Program-made: the position numbers and the translations under genes
Origin: an uncultured virus (IMG/VR IMGVR_UViG_3300037010_004438)
Taxonomy: Duplodnaviria > Heunggongvirae > Uroviricota > Caudoviricetes
DNA: 64,000 bases
Direction: 5' to 3' (one strand)
Virus record (IMG/VR): IMGVR_UViG_3300037010_004438
The notes under the pieces: generated by a model
Database searches by the model: none
Seen by the model: only the letters and a program-made list of their open reading frames with translations
Told to the model about the DNA's origin: nothing
Shown here: positions 37,446 through 46,899 of the stretch, one piece after another
Layout: each line of letters opens with the position of its first letter
Numbering within the stretch: the stretch's first letter is position 1

Positions 37446-37991
37446 ATGGAAAAGAAGACGATGTACATCCTCGGAGGCGTTGCCGCCGCAGGCGTGGGGC
37501 TCTACTTCATGACGCGCAAGAGCGCTTCGTCCGCCCCGCAGAACGCGCAGACCAAGGCGCAGCTGCAGGGCAAGGCGCTACCGCAGACCACGAACGCGCC
37601 GAAGACGAGCCCGACCTCTCCGCTGCCGACCCAGCCTGGCGACGGAGGTCCCGTCAGCAAAATCCTCTTGTCGAGCGGCGTGATCGCGAAGATCGTCCCA
37701 AGCCTCGCGACGTGGGCGGGAGCCTCCGCGCCGGGCGAGACGACGCCGGCCCCGACGGCCTCTTCGTCTCCCGAGTCGTCATGGCTCCCGGGACTGCCGA
37801 GCAGCATTCCCGGCGCAGGAGACCTCGGGGGATACGCGCAGCAAGCCGAAGGCTACGTGCAGCAAGCCGAAGGCTACGCGCAGCAGGCCGAAGGCTACGC
37901 GCAGCAGGCCGAAGGCGCGGGCGGCGACCTCATGAAGGGCGCGGAGAGCGCGGCAGGGGACGCGCTCGGCTCACTGGGCATCGACCTCTGA
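37446..37991 (+). CDS. TM-anchored low-complexity protein with GYAQQAE repeats
   Basis: AAGGAG RBS; N-terminal TM. Confidence 0.75.
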   Translation: MEKKTMYILGGVAAAGVGLYFMTRKSASSAPQNAQTKAQLQGKALPQTTNAPKTSPTSPLPTQPGDGGPVSKILLSSGVIAKIVPSLATWAGASAPGETTPAPTASSSPESSWLPGLPSSIPGAGDLGGYAQQAEGYVQQAEGYAQQAEGYAQQAEGAGGDLMKGAESAAGDALGSLGIDL

Positions 37992-38016
37992 TCTCGCTCG
38001 CCGCGGAGAACACGCC

Positions 38017-38544
38017 ATGAACGCCCTCGCTGCGCGCCTCGTGAGCTACGGGGTCCCGGAGAAGTACGCGAAGCGCGTTCGCCGTCGCATCGGGTACGGA
38101 ACCGAGGGCGCGGTCTACGATCTCACTGGCGGCAAGGTGCTCAAGGTCAACGTGATGGCGCCGCGACGACACTCCGTCGAGGCGCTCTACCGAAGACTGA
38201 AGGGCAGGTCGTGGGCGGCGCGGATGGGAGAGCACGGCTCGCTCAAGGGCCGAGGATTCTGGTACGTCGCGCCGAAGCTCTATCCGCTCTCGCGGCGCGA
38301 CGCCGCGCTCCTCGACGACATCGGGATGATGTACCTCCGACATCGAAGCGGGCGTATCCAGAAGGCCCTCTACGAGGAGTACGTCCGCGATCGGCTCGAA
38401 CAGATGCCCGAAGGGCTCGCGCGCGTGGTGCGCGCGGCGCGCAGGGCCGGCTACCGCGACATCCACGGCGCGAACGTCATGCGGACGCGCGACGGCAAGT
38501 TCAAGGTCATCGACGTCGAGTCCGTCGTGCGAGGAAAACGATGA
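38017..38544 (+). CDS. Minimal protein-kinase-like (RIO/APH-type) enzyme
   Basis: IGYGTEGAVY, VLKV, RDIHGANVM, VID. Confidence 0.8.
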   Translation: MNALAARLVSYGVPEKYAKRVRRRIGYGTEGAVYDLTGGKVLKVNVMAPRRHSVEALYRRLKGRSWAARMGEHGSLKGRGFWYVAPKLYPLSRRDAALLDDIGMMYLRHRSGRIQKALYEEYVRDRLEQMPEGLARVVRAARRAGYRDIHGANVMRTRDGKFKVIDVESVVRGKR

Positions 38545-39056
38545 TCCCGAAGACCTCTCTCCACGTCCCGATGCGCGTCCGCGACCTCGCAAAGTACGAG
38601 GTCTTCGGCGCCGCGGGAAGCGACTACGAGGGCGGCGATCCGATCTTCAAGACCTCGGGCAAGCGCGCGCGGGCCTACCAGATCCTTTCGAAGGAGAAGC
38701 GGAGCGCCCGCGATCTCTGGTACCGCCGCTCGACCGACGAGCTGAAAGACTTCGCGAGGGCCTGCTGGGTCGAAGCGCTCTCGGGCGAACGCTGCCTCTC
38801 GACCGAGAAGACGCGCGCCGCACGAGACGACGCTCTCGGAAGGGCCTGGCAGAGCCGATCGCTTCGGCGGTTTGCGCGACAGCTCGCAAGCGACGATCGC
38901 GCGCGCGGGCTCCTCGAACACGCTCTCGATGGCGCCGTACCCGCCGTCATGGATCGCCTCGTCGCGGGCTCCCTCATGAGCCCTCTCGCCTTCATGGTTC
39001 CCGCCAAGATTGCCGACGAGGGCAAATACAACCTCGGCCGCCGTCGCTGGGACTGA
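38541..39056 (+). CDS. Hypothetical protein
   Basis: ATGA overlap. Confidence 0.6.
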   Translation: MIPKTSLHVPMRVRDLAKYEVFGAAGSDYEGGDPIFKTSGKRARAYQILSKEKRSARDLWYRRSTDELKDFARACWVEALSGERCLSTEKTRAARDDALGRAWQSRSLRRFARQLASDDRARGLLEHALDGAVPAVMDRLVAGSLMSPLAFMVPAKIADEGKYNLGRRRWD

Positions 39057-39059
39057 GCC

Positions 39060-39857
39060 ATGGCCGACTTCTTTCGCCTCAGCCCCGGCTTCTATCGCCG
39101 CCTTGACAAGATGCTCGGCGATCAGGCGATGTGGGCCGAAGCCGTCAAGCTCGCGCAAGGGGACGACGCTGATACCTGGCGCCTGCGGCAGATTGAGAAG
39201 AAGCTCGTGCGCCCGCTCGGCTTCGCCGAGGTGTTCACCAAGAGCGGCAAGACCGCGAAGGTGCCCATCGACGTCTGCTACGCCCTCGTGCCGACCCAGA
39301 TGGGAGCCTTCCAGTCCGGCTCGAAGCGGATCGTCCTCTCCCTCGCGGACTACTACAGGCACAACCCCCGGCTCCGAGGCGTCGCCGATGGCGCGCAGCA
39401 GTTTCTGCAGCGGCTCAACTCGACGTTGACACACGAGCTGTCCCACGCGCGCGACTGCCTCTTCGACCCAGCGTGCGCGGAGCGCGGCGTTTTCATGAAG
39501 GTCGAATACCCTCGCGAAGGCGGCCTGTTCGACGAGGAGGCCCTCCAAGAAGGCGACGAGGCGGAGAGGAAGAAGGCCGTCGTCTACTACAACCACCCGA
39601 CGGAGCTACGTTCCTTCAGCAAGCAGATCGCGCAGGAGGTGATGAGCCGCCTCGGACGGCGCACGCCCCGCCTCGTCACCAAGGCGACCTTCGCGCTCGG
39701 TCGCTGCTCAGGCGAGACGATCAAGCGAGCCATCCACGTTTCGCCCATCTTCCTCCGCATCTCGCCCTACCTCAGCGAAGGATCGCTCGCGAGCCTCTAC
39801 CGCCACGTCGGCAAAGAGGTCTACGCTTACCTCGCCTCGAAGAAGCTGTGCGACTGA
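39060..39857 (+). CDS. Zincin-like (HExxH) metallopeptidase
   Basis: LTHELSHARD ... YYNHPTELR. Confidence 0.65.
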   Translation: MADFFRLSPGFYRRLDKMLGDQAMWAEAVKLAQGDDADTWRLRQIEKKLVRPLGFAEVFTKSGKTAKVPIDVCYALVPTQMGAFQSGSKRIVLSLADYYRHNPRLRGVADGAQQFLQRLNSTLTHELSHARDCLFDPACAERGVFMKVEYPREGGLFDEEALQEGDEAERKKAVVYYNHPTELRSFSKQIAQEVMSRLGRRTPRLVTKATFALGRCSGETIKRAIHVSPIFLRISPYLSEGSLASLYRHVGKEVYAYLASKKLCD

Positions 39858-39881
39858 AGTCGTCGCCTAAAGGAGCTGCCC

Positions 39882-40412
39882 ATGGAATCGCCCAAGAAGT
39901 TCGCGGACCGCGTCGCAAGGAAGCTCGTCGTCTTCCACAAGTTCACGCCCGAGCGTGCCGCGCTCGCCATTCAGGAGTACTGGAACGACGTAGCGAAGAG
40001 CGCGCCGCGCTCCGAAGACACCGAAAAGACCTCCGGCGCACGGGCCACGATCGTCGCCGCATACATCGCCTCGTCCATCAGCAACCGCTCGGTCGGCGAC
40101 GCCGTCGAGATCGCGTTCGGCGACGTCCGCAAGATCCTCCGGCGCCGCGGGCTCCCGCGAGACGAGGTCGAAGACCTCATCAGGGAGCACCGCCACCTCA
40201 TCACGAAGCTCGGCGCGAAGTCCGTCAGCGGCGACCAGATCGTGAACGTCATGGGGCGCGTGGAAGCAGCCTCGCTCTCGCTCGGCGAGGAGGTCTCGTT
40301 CTCCATCCGCGAGGAAACCTCCACGAGCCTTTCGACGTCGAGCCTCGATCGGGGAAGCCTCTCCGCAGGGAGCGTCTCATCGTTCTCGAAGTCCGTCTCG
40401 TCGAAGCGCTGA
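39882..40412 (+). CDS. Hypothetical protein
   Basis: AAGGAG RBS. Confidence 0.6.
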   Translation: MESPKKFADRVARKLVVFHKFTPERAALAIQEYWNDVAKSAPRSEDTEKTSGARATIVAAYIASSISNRSVGDAVEIAFGDVRKILRRRGLPRDEVEDLIREHRHLITKLGAKSVSGDQIVNVMGRVEAASLSLGEEVSFSIREETSTSLSTSSLDRGSLSAGSVSSFSKSVSSKR

Positions 40413-40561
40413 GGCATCATGCGCTTCGTCTACGTCCAGGCAGAGAGCCGGCTGCCGCCGTGAACCCGAGGTGGCCGGTTCAGCAGGTGACAGCCCAGGC
40501 CGTCACGGAAGCCGCCAAGACCATTCGGCGCGCTCAGCAAGAAAACGGAGGGCGGAGGACA

Positions 40562-40789
40562 ATGGACATGAACAGCACGAAGATGACGGCCCCGGAGTTC
40601 TTCGCAAAGGCGCTTGCGCGCGTCGAGAGCGAGAACGTCCGCAAGTGGGCGACGAACGAGATCAACTACCCCATCATGATCCAGCTCGCCGAAGGGGCGC
40701 TGAAGAAGAAGAACTACCTCGCCGACGAGGACTTCGTCGCCCGCTTCTCGGCTTGGATCGTGGCGAAAGCCATCGGCCTCGCGGACTGA
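40562..40789 (+). CDS. Small hypothetical protein
   Basis: GGAGG RBS; coding bias. Confidence 0.6.
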   Translation: MDMNSTKMTAPEFFAKALARVESENVRKWATNEINYPIMIQLAEGALKKKNYLADEDFVARFSAWIVAKAIGLAD

Positions 40790-41067
40790 TCGCGCGGCGG
40801 ACAGGCCGCGCGGCGGCGACCGATCTTTTCCGCGAAGCGAAGAAGTTTCCCCGAAGCTTCCAGCTCCGAGGCATGCGCGAGCGAATCTTCCGCATCGACC
40901 CTCGCAGCTCGAAGGTCGCGGACGGTCGCCCCCTCTTCCTGCTGGAGATGCAGCGGAGGGACGGAATCTACCAACCCTTCGCCTACGCGCGCGCACTACA
41001 GTGCGGAGAGGGAGAAAATCTGGGCGCGCGAGAGAGCGGCAAGGAACGCGGCGCGCCGCTGCCTCTC

Positions 41068-41133
41068 GACGAGACGTGTAGCAGCCGCATGACGAGACGT
41101 GTAGCAGCCGCCCGACGAGACGCGTGGCGGCGA
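41068..41133. repeat. ~3 x 23-bp tandem repeat GACGAGACGTGTAGCAGCCGC
   Basis: Copies start at 41068, 41091, 41114. Confidence 0.75.
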
Positions 41134-41229
41134 CAAGACAGAACGACTACACTTGGCTCGCCGGCCTTCGGCCAGCTCGCGCGCGGACATGGACGGGAGG
41201 GCCTGCCCTTCCAGAAAAGCGGACCTGAT

Positions 41230-42162
41230 ATGAGCATCTTGGGAGTTGATGTCGCCGTCCACCAGGGCCCTTCCCTCGACTGGAAGACCATCGAATTCGC
41301 GGGCGTGCGGTTCGCCATCCTCAAGGCGACGCAGGGCGCGTCCTACAAGGACCCGACCTTCGAGAAGAACTACGAAGGCGCGACGGCTGCCGGGCTCGAC
41401 GTTGGCGCTTACCACTGGCTCTCGCCCTCCGAAGACCCCGCGTCGCAGGCGAAGAACCTCCTCTCCTGCATCGCCGGCAAAAAGCTCCTCCACCGCGTCG
41501 CCTGCGACTTCGAAGACGCGGGCTTCAAGGCCCTCGGCAAGAAGGAGGCGACGCTCCGCGCCGAGACCTTCATCAAGGCGGTGCAGGACGCCACCGGCGC
41601 GCTCGTCGAGTGCTACACGGGCAAGTGGTTCATGATGGAGTGTGCGGAAGACTCCGCCTTCCTTGCGGACTGTCCGCTGTGGCACGCCGAGTACCCATCG
41701 ACCAAGCGCGGCGGTGCGACGAAGGCCGACTACGAAGCCGCCGTCGCGGCTCTTCCGCCGGGAGGGCCGCACATCGCGTCCGTCTGGGAATCCCGGGGCC
41801 GCTCCGCGGTCAAGTGGCAGTTCGACGGGGACAATGGGCTCCTGCTTCCACAGAAGGTCGACTCCGATTTCAACCTCTTCCTCGGCGACGAGAAAGCGTA
41901 CTCGGCCTACCTCCTCAACGGCGTTCTCCCCACGCCGCCTCCAAAGGAAATCCCTTTCCTCCCGACCGTGCTCAACGTCCAGAAAGTCCTTCGGGCCGTC
42001 GGACTCCTCGCGGACAAGGACGTCGACGGGGTCGACGGTCCGCGCACCCGGGCAGCAGTCAAGGAGTTCCAGAAGAGCCGAGGACTGTACGTTGACGGCG
42101 TCGTCGGCTCGGAGACGACGAAGGCGCTTGCCATCGAATGGAAGCGGTTGGGGCTCTCGTAG
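41230..42162 (+). CDS. GH25 muramidase with C-terminal peptidoglycan-binding domain (endolysin-like)
   Basis: GVDVAVHQG, ILKATQG, GAYHW, CDFED; VDGVDGPRT..FQK..DGVVG. Confidence 0.92.
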   Translation: MSILGVDVAVHQGPSLDWKTIEFAGVRFAILKATQGASYKDPTFEKNYEGATAAGLDVGAYHWLSPSEDPASQAKNLLSCIAGKKLLHRVACDFEDAGFKALGKKEATLRAETFIKAVQDATGALVECYTGKWFMMECAEDSAFLADCPLWHAEYPSTKRGGATKADYEAAVAALPPGGPHIASVWESRGRSAVKWQFDGDNGLLLPQKVDSDFNLFLGDEKAYSAYLLNGVLPTPPPKEIPFLPTVLNVQKVLRAVGLLADKDVDGVDGPRTRAAVKEFQKSRGLYVDGVVGSETTKALAIEWKRLGLS

Positions 42163-42168
42163 ACACTC

Positions 42169-42292
42169 GCCCCATCCACGTCCACGTCTACGCGCGCCGC
42201 CGAAGGCAGCGCGAAAACGAAAAGGAGAGGGAGCGGGAGCGGGAGAGGGTTGCTCGCCCGCTTTGCGGGCTCGCAGGTGGACGTGAACGGGG
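42169..42292. repeat. Composite hairpin element (copy H)
   Basis: GTCCAC repeats, GCCGAAGGC sub-hairpin, (GAGCGG)n loop, GCTCGCCCGCTTTGCGGGCTCGCA. Confidence 0.8.
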
Positions 42293-42312
42293 CGCCTGGA
42301 GGTTAGCCTGCC

Positions 42313-42921
42313 ATGCCGTATCAATGGACGACGAGAGAGGATGGCCGCGTCATCGTCAACGGCCTTCTTCTCTGGCCGAACAAAGTCTACGCGCGCGCGA
42401 TCGATCGGAACGTGATCGGTCCGTGGCGCTCGCTCGCGGAGGAAGCAGGGGCCGTCTACGGCGAGCCGGCTGCGAAGGTGCTCGCCTTCATCGCCGCCGA
42501 ATCGCTCGGCAACGAGAAGGCGCACTCCTACGCAGGCGCGTACGGGCTCATGCAGCTGATGCCCCAGTTCTTCTTTCCAAAGGGAACGGACGAGACGTAC
42601 TGGACCGACCCCCGCAACAACGTCTACGCGGGAACGAAGCACCTCGCCGACCTGCGCAAGCAGGGGCTCGACATCGTGAAGTCGGCCTCCGCCTACAACG
42701 TCGGGCACGTCGTCCCCGATGCGCGCCAGGACTGGGGCTACTACGCCCAGCCCGGGTACATCACCCGCGTCGTCTCCGGTCTCAACTACATCTACGAGCG
42801 CCTCGACGGCGCGCCGGGCGAAGGGCCCGAGCTGCTTCCGATCGTCTTCGGAACGGCCGGTGTCGGAGCGATCGGCTGGTACCTCTACCGATACGGAGTG
42901 CCGAAGCTCCCGAAGATCTGA
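42313..42921 (+). CDS. SLT-like lytic transglycosylase with C-terminal TM anchor
   Basis: IAAES, AYGLMQL, AYN motifs. Confidence 0.88.
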   Translation: MPYQWTTREDGRVIVNGLLLWPNKVYARAIDRNVIGPWRSLAEEAGAVYGEPAAKVLAFIAAESLGNEKAHSYAGAYGLMQLMPQFFFPKGTDETYWTDPRNNVYAGTKHLADLRKQGLDIVKSASAYNVGHVVPDARQDWGYYAQPGYITRVVSGLNYIYERLDGAPGEGPELLPIVFGTAGVGAIGWYLYRYGVPKLPKI

Positions 42922-42936
42922 CCGTCAGTGCCGCGT

Positions 42937-43056
42937 CTTCTTCCGGATCGGAACGCGGCCTTCTTCCGGATCGGAACGCGGCCTTCTTCCGGATCGGAAC
43001 GCGGCCTTCTTCCGGATCGGAACGCGGCCTTCTTCCGGATCGGGACGCGGCCTTCT
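42937..43056. repeat. 5 x 23-bp tandem repeat CTTCTTCCGGATCGGAACGCGGC
   Basis: Copies at 42937, 42960, 42983, 43006, 43029. Confidence 0.92.
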
Positions 43057-43365
43057 CCAGCGAGGCAGACAACCTTTCGCCCGAGCTTTCGATGAACGCC
43101 TTCAACGACGCCGTAGATGGCTTTTTTTTCGCATCTTCACCGACTGTGCGAGCGTCGGCTCGAACCGCCGTCCGCGCGCTTTGGCCCGATCGCCGAGCAC
43201 CGAAGCAATGCGAATTCGCAACGGCGATCTGCTGGAGGACCGTGAGGCCTCGCATCGAGTGGTACCCCATGCGCGCGAGGCGGCGCCCGAATCCCTCGAT
43301 GATGTAGCGGATCTTCGGATTCGGCGAATGGTCAAAGGCGCGCAGGCGGTTTTTGAGATGCCCCA

Positions 43366-44205
43366 TCACTTCTCCAGGCTCTTGACGACTACGGCCTCGA
43401 CCTCGCTGAGCAGATCGGAGGAGAGAGGTTTGCGGAGCATGCGGTAGGACGACGAAAGGCGGACGGCGTCCTTCGCGCTCATCTTCGGATCGGCCTTCAT
43501 CAAGAGGGACGCCTCCTGGCGCATCGTGCGCATCCGGGCGCGAAGCTCACCCGCCGAGCGGTAGTAGTCCCTGTCGGCGCCCGCGTACCCCTTCACCATC
43601 GCTTCCTCGGCGCGATGGAGGAACCTCACGTAGAGGTATCCCTCGGCGTCCGAGGGGGCAAGCCCGTAGCGGCGAAACACCTCCACGACAGGCTCGCTTC
43701 CTCCCGCGGCCCGCGCGAGGACGGAGGATCGCTCTTCGACGGCCGGCATCTCGTACGTGTTCAGCGCCGGCGAAAGCTTGTCGAGGGCGGCCGAGAGAGA
43801 GGAGGCGAACGCTCGCTCCTTCGCCGAAGCCCGGATCGCCCCTTCGACGCGCTCGAAGGCGGCGAAGGCGTCATTGTCGATCTCGTCGCGCGCATGGCTC
43901 AGTTCGTGGAGGATGGCGAGGTTGAGATCGTCTTTCAGCTGCGCGCGGCTCCCCTTCCGCCAGATGGCCGGGCCGGAGAGGACGATGATCTTGCGCTCGT
44001 AGGCAGCCGCGTAGGGCCGGCGATGTTGCCCGTCGAAGACGACCTCGATCGCAGCTCTTCGACCTCCGCGTCCTCGAAGCTCGATCGTCCCAAGCCGCTT
44101 CATCGACTTCGGATCGAGGGCGAGAGCCTCTTCGGCGATCGTGCGAACGCGGGAGAGGACCCCCTCCTCGAACATGAGATCGGCGTCCTGTCCGGCGAAG
44201 GGCAT
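43366..44205 (-). CDS. Zincin-like (HExxH) metallopeptidase, paralog of 39060
   Basis: ILHELSHARD ... YYRSAGELRAR; TAGGAT 7 nt before the ATG. Confidence 0.65.
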   Translation of the reverse strand: MPFAGQDADLMFEEGVLSRVRTIAEEALALDPKSMKRLGTIELRGRGGRRAAIEVVFDGQHRRPYAAAYERKIIVLSGPAIWRKGSRAQLKDDLNLAILHELSHARDEIDNDAFAAFERVEGAIRASAKERAFASSLSAALDKLSPALNTYEMPAVEERSSVLARAAGGSEPVVEVFRRYGLAPSDAEGYLYVRFLHRAEEAMVKGYAGADRDYYRSAGELRARMRTMRQEASLLMKADPKMSAKDAVRLSSSYRMLRKPLSSDLLSEVEAVVVKSLEK

Positions 44206-44359
44206 GACCCGCATCCTAGCAAAATCGCGCGCGCCGTTCGGGGGAAGACCGCCCTCTCTCCTCTATCGAGACGCTGTCCGAAAAGGTGAGATTCGCCGCG
44301 CGTCGCGGGCTTTGGAGCGTCTGGCTTACGGCGAGCCGATACGGTAGGATCCGAGGCGC

Positions 44360-44851
44360 ATGTCCTATCCGCCCATCGAAGTTCGCGCCGAGCTTCCGAC
44401 CCTCGGCGCCTCCGCGGCCGTACAGCGCCTGCTCGCCTCCGACGCTCCGAAGCTCCTGTCCATTGCAGCCAAGGCGAGCGCGGCGACCGGCGCGGAGCCT
44501 CCGCCCGTGACCGTCCCGGCCTCGATGATCAATGCCGATAGCAAGCCCGGCTCGCCCGCGGCTGTCGCGGCGAGCGCTCCCGCGGCGACGATCACGACCG
44601 CCGACGCCAAAGCCGCGACTGAGGGGGCCGTCAACAAGCCTTCCTTCTTCGCCGCGCACAAGACCGAGATCGCCGTCATCGCCGCGGCCATCGGCATCCC
44701 GATGCTGCTCCTCGCGCTCAGGGCGGGGAGCGACGACGCCAAACGTGAAAACGAGGAGGCCCTGAGGCGCAAGTACGCGCCGAAGAGGCTCACCTCGTTC
44801 CAAGACAAATTCCTCGACGCGCACAGCCGCTTCGAGACCGAGAGCTTCTGA
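44360..44851 (+). CDS. Single-pass membrane protein
   Basis: Internal TM IAVIAAAIGIPMLLLAL. Confidence 0.65.
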   Translation: MSYPPIEVRAELPTLGASAAVQRLLASDAPKLLSIAAKASAATGAEPPPVTVPASMINADSKPGSPAAVAASAPAATITTADAKAATEGAVNKPSFFAAHKTEIAVIAAAIGIPMLLLALRAGSDDAKRENEEALRRKYAPKRLTSFQDKFLDAHSRFETESF

Positions 44852-44913
44852 CCGGCGCGCTCCGCCTCCTCCCCGCGCGGCCGAGCGCCGCCCCTCACCC
44901 TGGAATCCCTCCC

Positions 44914-45624
44914 ATGATGGACAAGAAGCAGAAGGTCCTCCTCGTCGGCGGCGGGCTCGCGGCCGTCGCCGCGATCCTCCTCATCTCTTCGACCTCGAAG
45001 GCGGCCTCGAAGGTCGCGCCCCCGCCGACCAAGCCGAACCTGCCGCCGGCGCCAGACCCGTCGCCGAACATCGATCCCCACACCAAGCCGCCGACGCCGA
45101 CGCCGACGACCACGACGATCAACTCGCCGTTCGGCAAGTTCGTGCCGTGCAAGAACGGCATCTGCCCCGAGCCGTACAAGAGCCAGATCCTCTCGGCCAT
45201 CAACGCATCGTTCGACTTCTACAAGCTCGATCAGGCAGAATCGACCTACCAGCAGAACGGCTGCACGGACCTCGCGAACGCCGTTCGAGCGCGCTACGCG
45301 GACCTCAAGGGAGGCCTCGCGAACCTGCCCGAGATCGGCACCGTCGACAGTCCCTGCAACTACGGCGGGGACATGGTCCAGCAGAACAACGATGCGGCGA
45401 TCCGGCAGTGGATCGATCAGCTGTCCGATGCGAATCTCGCCGAGACTGCTGCCCAGGCGCTTGCCCAGGCGCGTCCGCCCTGCACCTCGCTCGCGAAGTA
45501 CGCCAAGACCAAGGCCGAGAACCTTCGCGCTGCCCAGCAGGCGGCCGAGGGCGCGTCCGAATCGGCCAGCAACGCGGTCCAGACCGTCGGCGACACGCTC
45601 TCCGGCTGGTTTGGAGGCGAGTGA
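44914..45624 (+). CDS. TM-anchored Pro-rich protein with two-Cys helical domain(s)
   Basis: N-terminal TM; PCNYGG..AQARPPC. Confidence 0.75.
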   Translation: MMDKKQKVLLVGGGLAAVAAILLISSTSKAASKVAPPPTKPNLPPAPDPSPNIDPHTKPPTPTPTTTTINSPFGKFVPCKNGICPEPYKSQILSAINASFDFYKLDQAESTYQQNGCTDLANAVRARYADLKGGLANLPEIGTVDSPCNYGGDMVQQNNDAAIRQWIDQLSDANLAETAAQALAQARPPCTSLAKYAKTKAENLRAAQQAAEGASESASNAVQTVGDTLSGWFGGE

Positions 45625-45977
45625 TGGACCGCCGAGCCCTCGCCGCGTTGCGAGGCGCCCCGCGCAGTGGGGGCTCCGTCGGCGCCGCGGAAGAACCCGT
45701 GCAGAGCTGGCAGATTGCGGCCATCGCAGGCGCGGGGCTCCTCGCCGGCGCAAGCCTCGTGCTCTTCGCCGGCAAGCGCCCCCATTCGCCCGAGCCGTCC
45801 GCCGACGGCGAGCCGATCTCCGTCCGAGCGCCCGAAGGGACGTCTCTACCCGCGGGGAACGTTCGGCCCGAATACGTCGCCCGTTTGGAAGCGTGGAAGG
45901 CGAAGCGTGGAGCCCCGTCCATGCCGGAGGGAAGCCTCGGCAGCACATCCCTCCTTTCCGACACGGACGTCTACTGA
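45624..45977 (+). CDS. Small membrane protein
   Basis: TGATG coupling; TM WQIAAIAGAGLLAGASLVLF. Confidence 0.6.
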   Translation: MDRRALAALRGAPRSGGSVGAAEEPVQSWQIAAIAGAGLLAGASLVLFAGKRPHSPEPSADGEPISVRAPEGTSLPAGNVRPEYVARLEAWKAKRGAPSMPEGSLGSTSLLSDTDVY

Positions 45978-46020
45978 GACGCGCGAATATCGCCCCACGC
46001 CCGCCTTCGAGAACACGGAC

Positions 46021-46644
46021 ATGGAAAAGAAACACCTCTTCCTCGCCGCCGGCGTCGCGGCCATCGGGGCCGCCTTCCTCTTCACGCGATCGGCGAAGGC
46101 TGCGCCCGCCGTACGGCCTCTCCCGACCCCTACGCCGCCCCCGAAGCCGGCCGTCGCCGCGCCGACCGGATCCAACGGGGGCGCGTCCATCGGCCAGATC
46201 AAGTGCATTCAGCAGAAGCTCAACGAAGGCGGCTTCAACGCCGGCTCCGTCGACGGGCAGTACGGACCGCAGACCACTGCCGCCGTCATGGCCTTCCAGC
46301 GCAAGAAGGGGATCGCCGCGACCGGCAACCTCGACACGCCGACCCTCGCGACGGAGCTGGGGGCCTGCCTCGTAGCGAGCTACGCGCTCGCCCCCTCCGC
46401 GCAGGGGGGTCCGACGCTGCCAGGGCTCGGCGCGGTCGCTTCCGCATGCGACATCGCCGGACACATGATCGATGACAATGAGGCCGACCGCGTCCTCGCC
46501 TGGATCGCGAACCTCACCGATTACGAGATCGCAAAGAAGGCTGCCGTCGCCCTCGCGAACGCCGCTCCCCCTTGCTACGACCTTGCGAGTCGCGCGATGG
46601 CGAAGGCCGACGAACTCTACGTCCTCGCCAACGCGGCGGTGTGA
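46021..46644 (+). CDS. TM-anchored peptidoglycan-binding (PG_binding_1) protein with two-Cys helical domain
   Basis: IQQKL..VDGQYGPQT..AVMAFQ..TGNLD. Confidence 0.82.
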   Translation: MEKKHLFLAAGVAAIGAAFLFTRSAKAAPAVRPLPTPTPPPKPAVAAPTGSNGGASIGQIKCIQQKLNEGGFNAGSVDGQYGPQTTAAVMAFQRKKGIAATGNLDTPTLATELGACLVASYALAPSAQGGPTLPGLGAVASACDIAGHMIDDNEADRVLAWIANLTDYEIAKKAAVALANAAPPCYDLASRAMAKADELYVLANAAV

Positions 46645-46899
46645 GGTCCATCACGGCCCAAGGAGACATCGGCCGCCCATTCCTCGCGCGTCCGAAGCGC
46701 TGATCCTTCCACAGAACGAGGCGGCGGAACGTGGGCCCGTGCGGCTCACGGATCCGCCGCTTCTTTTTGGCGGCTTACCGGAAGTCGAAAAAGGAGTCTC
46801 GTCGAAAAGGCCTGTCCTCGCTCACCGCTCCGCGCAGCGCAGCGACAAGTGGCAAGTGGCGCCTACTCCTGCAGCGTTGGACGAGGTATCCTCAGCTCC

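Noticed and set aside
42937..43056. CRISPR array
   Set aside because: 23-bp units are head-to-tail with no spacers; no cas genes in the window.
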